This document shows, in pieces, positions 37,558 through 50,100 of a DNA stretch of 64,000 nt (its first letter is position 1; every line of letters starts with the position of its first letter). The stretch covers positions 1,860,860 through 1,924,859 of the forward strand of contig OZ316893.1 in assembly GCA_973895155.1 (NCBI GenBank), in the 5' to 3' direction. This DNA is from Marsupella aquatica. Lineage: Eukaryota > Plantae > Marchantiophyta. Made by a program: the position numbers and the translations under genes. The notes beneath the pieces are model-generated. The model was not told the origin of the DNA, made no database searches, and saw only the letters and a program-made list of their open reading frames with translations.

Positions 37558-40500
37558 TTGTAATAGTCATCACATAGAGGTGGTTTTGCCCGGAACTTTT
37601 GAACCTACTGAGCACTTCTACCCTCAAGTTCTTAATGCCCAAATTCATCCATTGGTACGATCATTTTTATGTCTTGGAAACAATCGCATTGCCAAACGAT
37701 ACTGTCACCTACACCCTGAGGCAGATCCAGTGGCGGTGGATCAAGTGTTGAATTACTCTACACGGTACTTTTCAGTATTTCAAGAGCATCTAGTAGTCTT
37801 AAAGCTTGGATTGGAAAAATGAAAATCTTGAGGAAATTGCCCTTCATTGAAATGTCGGATGTGATTTAGCCATATTGTAGACTTTCTCCCAGAGGCGCTC
37901 TTTTGGGATGTTCGGTGTAGTTGTATCTTCCCTCATGGGTGCAACTATGGAGGTGTCTTTAGGGGTGCAGGATTTGATTGCCTTTGTGTAGGTTATGGCT
38001 CAATCAGAGTTAGAAATGGGTTAATGGGTCCTGTACCATTTTGTGTCATGGATTTTCCAGGCTCTTTTAAAGCAATTTGTGGCAAATTCTTCTGACTTCG
38101 CTTGTTAGTGCAGGTATTTCCAATGGGGAGGTACTGACCTTTTCTCAACCACAACAAATCGAGGCCAGAAACGATTTGTGGTGGTGGAGACCAATTCATG
38201 TCCATCTGGACAGAAATCCATGCCTCTGGCAAACGAAGACATGGAACATGCAGGTTATCGTTCTTTGTTGGAAAGGGCGGTCATGCCCGCACTACGAGTT
38301 GGTAGGTTGAATGGCCATGTACTTCCGGAAGGCAAACTGGCAGTGCTTTATGATAAGAATAAGATGGAAGCATCAGGCTATGCTGCTGCGCTTGCAGATC
38401 TCGCAGGGGAGCCAGTGTACTTAACCCCTTGCTATGCGGATGACCCTGAGCCTCACATGAGATGTAGGGATGATGGCGTACTTGAGATTTGTGTGTCTCG
38501 TGCCTTCTGCAAGTCGTCGAATAGGAATGAAAATGGAAAAAGCGAAGGTCACAAGGACAATGAAGTGTGGGAGCCAGTGAGGGCGGCCCTGCGCTATGTG
38601 ACACAGAGACCATGGACTCGCATTCCACCTTTGACACGTACTCTCATGTTTAATCCTGTTCTGGCCTGTCTTGCTGGTGGGCGGAACAAAATGCTTGCCG
38701 CCAAAGCCTATGACCTATACAATGCGGACATGGCACCAACAGGTTTGACTATTCATACTCCAGAAACTATATGGGATGTCGCTAAACCGGAGGTGCCACT
38801 ATGGGTCCGGCGGATGGGTGGCCTGGCAGTAGTGAAGGTACCCTATGCAAATGCTGGACAAGGCATTTGGACAATCACACACGAAGGAGAACTAAAGCAG
38901 TTCATGGACGTGGAACATCGCTATGATCGTTTCATTGTGCAGGTGTGCTCGCTATTTTATCAACTGAATTATCAGTCATATACTTTCCTCTAGATAACGT
39001 TTGTGATTACAACTTTATTTTTTCTAATTTTCTAGTGGTAGGTCGGTAGGGAATGCCTATCATCATGATAACCAAGCCCTAAATTATCATTGACATGTTG
39101 TGATGTCGTTATTGAGCATCGTCTTGCAATATTTGTTAGAGAGTCTACATGAAGTGGTAGGGTTGTTCTCTTTCCATCTTCGCGTATTAATGCACAATGA
39201 AGGTCACAAAATAAATTTCTTATGACTTAGATGACCAGTCCAATATTTCTCACAGCGTCTCTTGTTATTTCTGAAGGCCTTGATTGGAAACTATGGCTGG
39301 AGTTCAACAGGTCAAAGTGGGAGACTTTACCATGTTGGGACAATTCCAAATTTAAAGGGCAACATCTATGCGGCTGATTTAAGATTCATGATAGGGTCAT
39401 CTCGAGAGGGTTTCTTCCCTGTGGCAATATATGCACGACGAGCACGTCAGCCCTTGGCCGAGAAGCTCGATTCTGGAACACATTCTTGGGACATGCTTGG
39501 GACAAACTTATCCATCAAAGTGAGTACATAAAGTACCCGAAACAAAATTGTTAAGTTGTAGTTGTGATTCTTGTTTTATTGTCGTGCTACAGTTATGTCT
39601 GGTGCCCAGATTTGTCTTTTTCCATCAATTTCTAGTTTTAATCTTCCTCCCCAGTTTGAAATTGAAGTTCCACTATATATTGGAACTGGATGATACAGCA
39701 ATCTGATGGTTCGTGGGTCACTGAAACTGAGCGACTTTTATTGATGGACAACAGAGACTTCGATCGAGTGGGTATTGGCGGGGATGACCTTATTGAGGCC
39801 TACATGCAGGTCTAGCTTATTTTCCATTTTCTGGTCTATTCTTTAGAGAGTGATGACTGTACAACATATTGATCCATTTTTTGCATTTATTCTGGACTCT
39901 AGGATTCACTACTTATTAAAGACTTTCATAATTTTGAAGTTTCATGTTCTTTCTCTTCGATCAATTACCTACATTGGACATTGTACATTTAGTTACTTTT
40001 TGTGATAACAATTTACCTGAAAAATGTGGCACTTGTTCGCTCCATTTGCTTGCAAGAGACTATATTGACAATGATGACCTTGGTCAAATGCTTCCTTCGT
40101 AGTCTGTCTCACAAGGGGTGTAATATTTATCATCTTTCTTTAGAAGATGCAGTCAGGCAGTATTTCTAAACGTTAGGAAAAACTCTTGCGCATCTGTATT
40201 ATCTACAGGCTGAATATATGACGCCCGACATTTTTCTATATTTCTGTTGTGGGTGGATATGGTAGTGATCTGAGGGTTTAAGTAGACGAATTGCAGCCTT
40301 ATATACTAACCACCCTTCCTGAAGTTGATGCATGTCAATGCTATGGTGAGTCGATTCATATCTAATACGTACCCATGCTCTTTTTTTTCCAGACCGTGTT
40401 AGCTGTTACTGCCATTGATGCACTGGCCTGCAAACTTATCACTTCTAAGGTATGAGCATTTTGTACTTTTATGAATGAAAGAAATAATTTAATTTCAATG

Positions 40501-41729
40501 GATCTTCAATTGGGCAAGGGATAGAGAGTGGAAGATGGCAATAGGGTCACAATTCATGAAGGCTTGAAAAACAAGCTTAGTAAATGACAGACTGAGTGAA
40601 TCCTCAGGTAAAAAAAATCCTTATATACAAATTTTGGTCATAAATTTTCTTAACGAAGTGGCTACCCGAGCCAAATCCGCAATCGTAAAGATCAAATTCA
40701 TTTATGGACATTGCTTGGTAAAATATCCAGTCAGAAATTGCCTCGAGTTACATCCGATTTGTGACTATTGATCCAGAAGTGATTCTTTCTACCGTCCATT
40801 GAAGGATTTGAAATCAGCACAGAACCCTCAATGTGTCTTTCAATTCGTGTCCCAATTTGAAAGGATGTTGGTCAAATAACATATGGCTTCCTAAGAGGTC
40901 TAAATAATGATGATCTTGTTGAGGGAATCTAAATATACCCAAAGATGTGAATCTTTCCCTACTGCCAATTCTTCTTCAGACCCTTCTTAGCATTACTTGC
41001 CTTGAACTTGAATTTTGTTATGGAAATTGAGAAGGCTTCTCTCTCCGAGTGAGGTGGTTTAGCTTCCAGGCATCATCCAGTGCCACACATTGGGGAGTTA
41101 GTATTGCTGACATGGAAAGGCCCTGTTTTGTTTAAGTTTCTTCACTTGTTGTTGGTAGGATACCGGTTTTGAGAGGCTTAGACTCTCTAGCAGCGCTTGT
41201 CCAGATATACCAAGTATTAAGAGGTTTGATACTCTAATGATTGCATTATAATAATATATGAGGAAGCATCCTTCTTGGTCTCTATGTTGATGTACAATTG
41301 GTGTTTGTTTGCAGGGTTGTTTTGGTCTGAAGTTGTTTCAATCTCTGAATCCTGATCCAAAGCTTCTAGCAGAGCTATATCCAACCCAAATACATCCCCA
41401 ACTTCTAGCATCTGAACCCCCAATGGATGATGGCACCTGGCCCAATGCGGATGTCACACTTGATACCACCCTAGTATTAAAAGTAACTGAGGAGATTTTA
41501 GTTGCAGCGCTTGAGTATGAAGTGGAAAATTCACAACCTTCGGTGTGTACCTGTTTGAATGGACATCACACTACCTCTGCAGTACTATTTATGCAAGCTT
41601 AAATCATTTTTCTGTTGGTGTTTGCATTGTATAAGTACAATTATTAGAAGTACGAGTGTAACATCTGGAGCAACCAATTGTGGTTTTGTGCAGAGAAAGC
41701 GGAAATTTTCTCCTGGAGAACCTTTGTAA
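37526..41729 (+). CDS. Uncharacterised circularly permuted ATP-grasp (amide/peptide ligase)-like protein, ~580 aa
   Basis: Exons 37526-37764, 38114-38942, 39277-39519, 39699-39809, 40393-40449, 41315-41542, 41694-41729, all GT-AG and in phase. The last intron is uncertain; without it the stop is at 41602. N-terminal [16 protein letters not shown] is followed by [38 protein letters not shown] and DLRFMI. Confidence 0.85.
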
Positions 41730-44700
41730 TGAAATTATGTTGGCTGTGACAAAGTGCACCTGTGTTAGCTAATGCTAACTGGATTGAGGTTTTGAGGTTC
41801 TTTCTCATCAACTTTCACGTTAGCAAGGCTTCCTCATTACATCCATCTTTATTTGATTTATTGCGCTATGCACTGAGGTCAGGCATTGCCTTAAAGTGAT
41901 GCTATCTACGTAAGCTTTGGAGTAGGTTCAGATTTCTCAACAAATTTTGCATAGATTTATCGAGGGAGCTCAACTTACATTCATTAATTTACTTCAAATT
42001 TGCCTAGAATAGCTACGGCAATTGGTTTCCTTAATAACTGCAAATGTGTTCTGTTGTGTGTAGGAGACGTTTTGGGTAGTCCTCAACTCAGACCTCAACT
42101 TTATTTACAATTTTATTAAAAGGTCTCTAGTAATCTGTGATATCACTACCTTGCTGGAATCCTTGTACTGTAGAGTACTATCAAGTTAGCCTTGACTTTC
42201 TACTTGGCAACAGTCCTAACATGTGGATTCCACTAGCTGATACAAGTGTTGAGGAAAGTTTACTCTATGCAAATTGTATTGCTAGGGGAAGCCACGTTAG
42301 AAGATCAAAGCACTGTCTTAAGTAGTTCTGCTAGGACAGAATGAGGTCAAAGTTGTTTGATACAGATATACGACTACCACTTCCAAAGAAGATGTTGTTA
42401 GAAAAATATTAGGGCTAGTTACTTTATGAGAGGTCCAGGGTTGCTTTCTCTGCAAGACGTCCTAGGGGCCTAGAAAACTCAGTCTTGAAACGCAATTTGC
42501 ATATATGAGGAGCCTTCAAACTTGCACTTTGTTCTCAACAGCGTTCTTTGTGCACCGATGTTTCCGACAGCTCTGGCCAAGCTATGTGAGAGCGGGGAGT
42601 ACTGCAGCAGTTATAAGGAGTCCTAGGTGTATGATGCTGACATGTAGTGCTCTGTGATTTTGACAGGGGTCTTGTTTGTGTTGATATTGGGAGACTGAAC
42701 TTCTGGAGGCTTGAAGGGGTTCTGAATTCTACAGATCTCACAATAGGGGAAATGGTTGCAATTGGCAAGCACGACAAGATGTCAGCAGTAAAAGAAAGAA
42801 AAACTGTTTGATGTGTAGGCAATTGTGAAAGTAAAACTTGTGAAGCTATAGACAATACAAGTTTCCTTTGGCTTGTTGGTAATTGACAATTGTTAGTAAT
42901 TAGATTTTGATGCCCAAGCCTGTTCCTCATTGGCACTGGAAGAGGCAGTGGAAGTGGAACGAGTATGTTGTTGCTACTGGCAAAATAAGAACTATCATCG
43001 TCATCTACATGCCGAGATTACACTGGCGGCACAACCTGGGGAATGATCGGGCCTTCCAGAGCTATTTCCTCTTTATATTTGCAAAATTTGAGTCTGTTTC
43101 CGGAGTCTTTCTGTTGTCACCCTACTGTGTTTCCATGCAAACTTCACATTTCTCGCTTAGTCTTGTAGAAGTAGATACTGTAGGCCACTTGCACTTTTTC
43201 CGTGCTAAGCACTTTATGATAGGGTCTATACGTCTCTACCAAAGTCTTTTGCCTACCCTCCGAGTTAATGTACAATGCAAGCAAACAGGAATTTTGCTAA
43301 CAAGGAAAATGTTGTTAGCTAGACACTAGTGGTAATAATTTTTTATTTGTTTTTTGCTGCCTTTTATGTTGTGGTTTTTTATGACTCCAGATGGCTAGCA
43401 AGGTTAGCACAAAGAGGGGTCCCAAAAATGTATGTTATTGATCAACCACATTGTTGTGCAAGGCACTTGCATATAGAAAAATTATGGGTCATGTGAGTAA
43501 AATTTTTGCTAGTGCGAGGCATTTAATTATTAATTTACTCTTTCCTCGCATGCTACAATGACCCCTGTCCTCCTTGTAAGAAAAGCTGGAATCTGGGAAA
43601 GTGGTCAAAAGTGCCACATATTTTGCAACTATCATAATAGGTCAATTTCAACTACATTCCAGAAGTGGACTTTCCGGTCGTAAGTAAACTTCTTTTAGTT
43701 TAGTGCTCCCCGGGCTGCTGCCTTTTCCTTGCTACCACTTTTTTCTCACGTCCCAATTCATGGTGAGCTTTAATACCATTCATCGTATTTGTGAAGGGTC
43801 CAAATAAGATACGGTCTGCCTCAGAGTGGTGATTCTGTGTGTATGATTGTAGAGCGGTTGCCAATGTGCGCTCTACCAATCTTTCTCCTGTGTCACTGGT
43901 CTCCATGCTTTCCTCTACAAGGGATGATGGTATTTTATCAAGAACTAGCCCAATTACCATTCCTTGAACGTAAAGAGATATGAAGAAAAACAGTCTTACC
44001 TAATAAAATTTACTCCTTACCCCATCCATGTTTTTTGTCCACCCTCATTTCAGTTTTGTCTTTGTTTGTAATCAATATCATTTTTGTCCATCCTCATTTA
44101 ACGTTTTTTTATGATCACTTTTGTCTGTATTAGGGGTTATGGTCTAGAGTGTCTAGAGTCTTCACCCTAGACCCTAGGGCCTTAAGAGTAGACTTCATTC
44201 AAGATTTGATAATAAGATGAATGATAGGGCTTCCTCTCTCTAAACCTCCACCGTGAAACGTTTCATGAGTGTCAAACAATAGGGGTCACCATTTCAATGA
44301 CTTGTATTGCTAAGATTTCACACTCAATACATACAGACTATGTCAAGTGGTCCTTCTTAACTCCAGTTAAACAACTTCAAGTTAACTGAAGTTAGCATGT
44401 CAAAAACATGAATTTTGCTCAAAAGACATTGACACTAAACTGATTCCAGATCTTAGCCTGATTGGCCCCCAAATCTAGTGATCTATGGCTTAAATTAAGA
44501 ATCCTGCCAAGATCTTTGCCTCATGAAATGGCTTATTGATTTGTCATTTATTGCTTCATGAGGTCTTAAGTTGGATTCCTGCGAATGTGGCCTGGGTCTT
44601 CAAGTAGAGTAACCCTTGCCCACCGGCCTCAACTATTTTCAAAAGTTGAATTTGGGAGAGATATGTCTTCTCCTGAGAAGAGGCTGGCCAATCACGAGGA

Positions 44701-45504
44701 GGGATGCAAATTAAATCTGAGAATGGAGGGGGGAATGATCCACTCTCTCGCGGTTGTGTTCCATTAGCCCCCTTTCAAACCCATTCCAAGCGTTTTGGAG
44801 AAAGTTGCAGATGTTTGTGCTTTTGGGGGTCACTCTCCAACAAATAGCCAAACTAGAAGGCAGTCAGTGGCTCCCTGTTTGCAGTTCTGCTCCTTGTCTG
44901 ACCGGTAAGTTTGGTTTCAGAGAACCTTTCACCTCTCTCATCCCAATTGTGTCCAGGAAATCCATTTGTCAATTACACAAATTTCAAGAATGGGCATGGC
45001 TGGACATAAATTTAGTGATCATGGATGTCAATTGCAGAGATTTGCTCCCGTTGGATTGAGCCTCGGTTGCAAGCTGGACGTCATTTCATGTCAATAGCTC
45101 TCGTGAGTTGCAAGATGCATTTGAGTTCAGTTGTTGTCTGGTGTTTGTCCTAAGCCGCTCCCATTGAAGCAAATCGGCCAAGATTGAATGGATAGTGCGC
45201 AAATCTACAGACAAGGCCCAATGTTCTCAACATTGTGTGAGAGAGGAGCTTATTGTGGCATGGGGAGAAGTTGTTTTGCTTATGATGGAAAGTGAAGTGA
45301 AGTGGAAAATGGAGTTAGTATTTGGAGGACTATTCACTGGAAAAACAAATTTGTGGGATTGGAGCATTGACCTAGAGAAAAGAAAGCAAGAGGATAAAAT
45401 GAGAGGCACAAAGGGAAAAGAAGCATTGTGATGATTGCTCCGGGAAGAGAGAGGCACGGAGGAGAATGAGACTCTACCTGGAGTGCCTCGGAGGATCTAT
45501 TAGC

Positions 45505-45882
45505 CAGGTCGTCTCAAACCAACTCATTCCCAGAGGTTTCCTGTGACCAAAATGCTGTAGGCCGGGTCATAGACCAAAAATATGTGGTTCCCGCAAAAGG
45601 TGACCATCAGTAACGCGGGCGGTCAGAGCACCGCTGTACGCACAATAAGTTACTTCGCACAATATATGCTGGTGCCCTTCAAGGATCATCCGCGCCCTTT
45701 GAGAATTGTCAGCGATCATTCTGAAACTGTTGGCGTCCAGCTGACCCACAGGAGCTTGTTGAAACCATCTCAACCCTGTGGATTAAGTTGGCTCAAAAGT
45801 TGGATTTTGGTCTAGGTCGCAAATGTAGAGTACTTAGAACAGCTGACTAGAAAAATTGAGAGAGCAAGTGTGAGACGCCCTA
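45505..45882. mobile_element. MITE-like element, same TIR family as 34640-34807
   Basis: caggtcgtctcaaac ... gtgtgagacgcccta. No TSD seen. Confidence 0.45.
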
Positions 45883-46262
45883 TTGATGACTAGTGACTAG
45901 AGCCTGAGCCAACCTTGACCTGACCCCAAGATGAGTCAAGATTTGAAACCTCCCGCTAGAGGCTAGCAAGCCCGCTATACTGGACACTACTTACTTGCAG
46001 TGTAGGGTTTACAGAGTATGAATTTTGAAACTTGTAACTACTCAGTTGAGTCTTTCCAGGTGAACCATTAAAGTCGGTAATAGGCTAGTCATCCAAGTGT
46101 TGCTGATCATTTGCCTCATTGTCTCCTTTCCACATATCTAGGGTATGGACCTTTGCCTGTATTGTTTCACATAAACCACGAAGGCACCTATAAAGGCTAC
46201 GAGTTACCCATAGCTCCATTACACACTGCACAAGTTTCAGAAATGGTCTTGAGATACACAAA

Positions 46263-46600
46263 AGGTGGTGAGTGCAAAACCTTTTACTAGCAAGTGCTCC
46301 TTTTATGGTGAACCAATGTTCACCACATGACACAAATGAGTAGTGAGGGAGAGAATGAGGCTTTTATAGGGGCAGGTGTAAGGTGGTGAGTGCAAAACCT
46401 TTTACTAGCAAGTGCTCTTTTTATGGTGAACCAATGTTCACCACATGACACAAATGAGTAGTGAGGGAGAGAATGAGGCTTTTATAGGGGCAGGTGTGGT
46501 TTAAGAGCTATGGAGATTCCAAATTAGGACAAAAATGAGTAGTGAGGGAGAGAATGAGGTTTTTTAGGGGGCAGGTGTGGTTTAAGAGCCCTGGAGATTC
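46263..46600. repeat. ~118-bp tandem duplication plus partial third copy
   Basis: aggtggtgagtgcaaaaccttttactagcaagtgctc...aaatgagtagtgaggg.gagaatgagg.ttt.taggggcaggtgt repeated. Confidence 0.85.
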
Positions 46601-46689
46601 CATATTGCTCTGTTTAATTATTTCTTTGAGCTGACCAACAATCATATTTTGGGAATGTGTAATATAAAAGCCTTGGGGTCTCAAGCAAC

Positions 46690-46985
46690 CGATCCTCATG
46701 GTGAAGCAGTTCAGCAGGACGCCATGGAGGATTCGGGAAAGTTTAGCAGGAGCACTGAAGGTTCCATACTTCCTTTCGGTCTAGACGACAATTAAAGCTA
46801 TTGTAGATAAACCACAGTTGAGAGATAATGGTACAATTCCACAAACGAAAAACCATACTACTTACACTGAATGCACAGAACAGATGTTCACCGAGTGAGT
46901 GCGATGCAAGTGAAAATGGACCTGCGGTTTTTCAGGTTGGGAAGCGTCAGGCGTATCATGATTGATCAGGGCTAGGCTTCAGAAC
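46690..46985 (-). pseudogene. Diverged copy of the relic at 55712-56005
   Basis: Shares gatcctc.tggtgaa.cagttcagcaggac, gagcactgaa.gttccatacttc and aaaaaccatactacttaca.tgaatgcacagaacagatgttcacc with 55712-56005. Confidence 0.6.
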
Positions 46986-47133
46986 ACGGAGTGAGACAAA
47001 AATTGAGGCCAGGATGACAAAGGCAAGAACATTCCTTTCTGAAATCACTCATCCAGGTTGAGCATTTTGTCTCCATAATCGTGCCTGTGTATGTTTTTGC
47101 TTCAAACCTCATGGCATTTATTTCACAGGATCT

Positions 47134-50100
47134 TTAGGAAACCCCTCCGAGTTCTCTTGAGCTAGTAATGTGTCCTCCCTTTCTCCATACTCTGGCCAAC
47201 GGTGTCCCCTCGGACTTACGTTGAGGATGTAACGAACCGTCCTTTCTCCAAACTCTGGCTACAGGATTGATTATAACTTTCTGCTCAATACAATTAGGCC
47301 TCCCTTCAGATGCCCATATTGATACCCACCTACCTGTGTATTGGAAACCTAATTTCTCCATCTCTGCGACCAGACTTTTAGCTTCTTCATGCCTCTTTGT
47401 ACGGGCATATAAATCCACAGCTAGTGAGTACAGATACCGATCGGGCTTCCCTGACTTTCGGATTTTAGCAAAAAGAGATGCACCTTGGTCAAATCTGGAG
47501 CACTTCGTGAAAATTTTCATCATAACTCTACAGCATGCCATATCTGGCTCAATTAACGTCTGCTCAACCATATGCGAGAAAACTCTAGCTGCATCATCAA
47601 CCATCCGGACCCTCCCATAGGCTCTCATTACTGCAGTGTAATGTCGAATATCAGGAGTCACTCCATCATGTATCATGTATTGCAAGACTTTCTCGGCCTC
47701 TCTACACCTCTTCGTCGAGTTTCCATAGGCACAGAGAAGTGACAAATAGGTAGCATCATCAGGTTGAACACCCTTCAGATTCATCTCGTCAAATATCTTA
47801 CTGGCCTGATCAAACTGGCCCACTTTGGCATAGGTATCTATCATTGTATTATACGTCACCTGCAGTTGAATTAGCACAGTTAGAGTTTTAGGAAACGCAA
47901 CCCCACTAAGCATCACCGAAGTACTTCAAGAAGACAGACTAAATATAGCAATCCATTCAGAATCATCTTGGGTCGTCTACATCAGATAAAACACATGCCT
48001 TATGTGGTTTGAAACCCTTTGACTGGAGCAGCTTGAATAGCTTGGCCGCCTCTTGATATTTCCCTGAATTGCACATGAGTGAATTCTCCAATCAGAAAAC
48101 ACGAGTGTGCTGTTCTCAGCAGATTTTAAACAACTTATAGTAGCAGCCGCGGCTGATCAATATTTTTAAATTGAAAACCAAAACCCAAAACCAACATCTG
48201 TTTCATGATGCAATCAACTTGGTAGAATATATGTCCCCTGGCTGATACAACGCATGTGTGAAATAAAAGTACTCAAAGCACAGATTGTACGAGCTGTGAA
48301 ACGTTAGGATTAAACCAAGAAGAATACTAACCAGCTCTTCCATAACAAGAAATCATGTGACTGTAGGCTTTCTCGTCGAGGGCAATCCCAGATGCCTGCA
48401 ACTCCTCAAACAATGCAGTAGCTTGTTCTAAATCCCCAGCTTCGGAGAACACCCTGTTGGAAAAAAAAGGACATTTGAGAAAACAACCTGCACCGGAAGG
48501 ACCCTAGGACCTGGTGTATTTTCCTACAGCCTTAAAAAGTAAACTGCTAATAATCTGGCCACCAAATCCCGTTGTGTATTCAGCGAAGGTTCCACAAAAC
48601 TCAGCGACGGGGAAGCGGGACATTGGAGTAATATACTGGCATATTTCCTCATGATATGACGAATTAACAAGTTTCGCTTCATTAATTTCTCGCGACATTC
48701 TGACCTGATGGCAATACTGTAAGTCTGAACACTGGGAACCAGGCTGGAAGATTGCATTCTTAAGAAAATTGAAATTGCCTTGTCCAGTTTACCTGCAAGA
48801 AAGTTCACATTGTGAGCACAATGGTCCATTTAACAGTTTGAAATTGAACTGTGGAGAAAGAGAGGGATGATAAAGACGCTTTCATGAAAAATACGATGAC
48901 AAACCTGCTTCTTGGCATGCTTTGATGATAGTATTATAAGCCGCAGTATCCAGGCTCCAATCCTTGCTCAAGGACTTCTCCACAAGGGCCTCAGCTTCCA
49001 CGTACATCCCTGCGAGAGTTAACATGCTTAAAGAGTATGATACTTCTTTAGTTACAATCGTTTTCAGTTCAAGATCTAAAAAAACGTCACGAAATGAAGA
49101 TATGCCAACCATTACAAAGCAGACCATAGAATCCCCCAACCTCTATGGGTACAATTTAAGAAGGACACCAGCAACACACTTTTGACTGAAGTAAGCACAC
49201 ACAACAAGGGAATCCACTGATCTAGAAAACTAGGACAAATCATAAATCTGCTAATTCGGGAAATATCAATAATTGGCACAGGAAGTAGTCTTGGTTAATA
49301 GGAGACTCTTAAATAGGAGACTGTAACCCAAAAGTGTACTGACCTGCTTTGGTAAATGCATTTATCATCGATGTTACAGTTACATGATCATGTCCAACGC
49401 CCTTTATCTCCATTTCCTTTAATAGTCCAACTGCATCCTCCATTCTTTTGCAATTAACACAAGCATTAACAATGGCATTATATATCAGCTTGCTTGGAGC
49501 AGCATGTGGTCCCTCAAATATAGCTATCGCCTTCTCGAACTGTTGCTTTCGACCATAAAGAGCTATCATTGCTCCCAAAGTGGCCTCAGAAGGGGTGCAG
49601 CCCGTCTCCACAATGTGGGAATACAGAGATTCTGCTGCTTTCAGATTATCTGAGAAAAAATTGTGTTAAATTAATGTGTAACCCATTCCATCAGACAGAA
49701 TATTTCAAAATACAAACACAGACCATCATGAACCTGTAGATATAGCACTTTTGGCAGATATCTTTGAAATTGACGTTCCCATCCATACAAGCATCTTTAA
49801 CTTTCACGAAAAGCATACTTCGCAAGTAACAGACACCACTGCAAATGCAGCCAAGGCAAATTGCACCATACGTAGGAGCTTATAGTTCCATTTTCAGTTG
49901 ATTGTCAATTTTGAGTCCTCTTCCCAATCTCCAGATGGCAGGAGATGTCTTACTGTAATATGGTAGGCAGCAACCGCAGCGTTTGCAAGCAAGTGCTTAC
50001 CTGACTTTGCAAACTTCAACACTAATTGATTCTGGTTCTGACAATCACTGTTCTCCCCAGACACTAGCGAGACAGCTTCATCCTCTCTGCCAGAACTCCT

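Noticed and set aside
43570-43960. CKICGTFDH as a gag zinc knuckle of an LTR retroelement
   Set aside because: The final Cys is missing and I could not find LTRs or protease/RT motifs nearby. It may be a relic but is unsupported.
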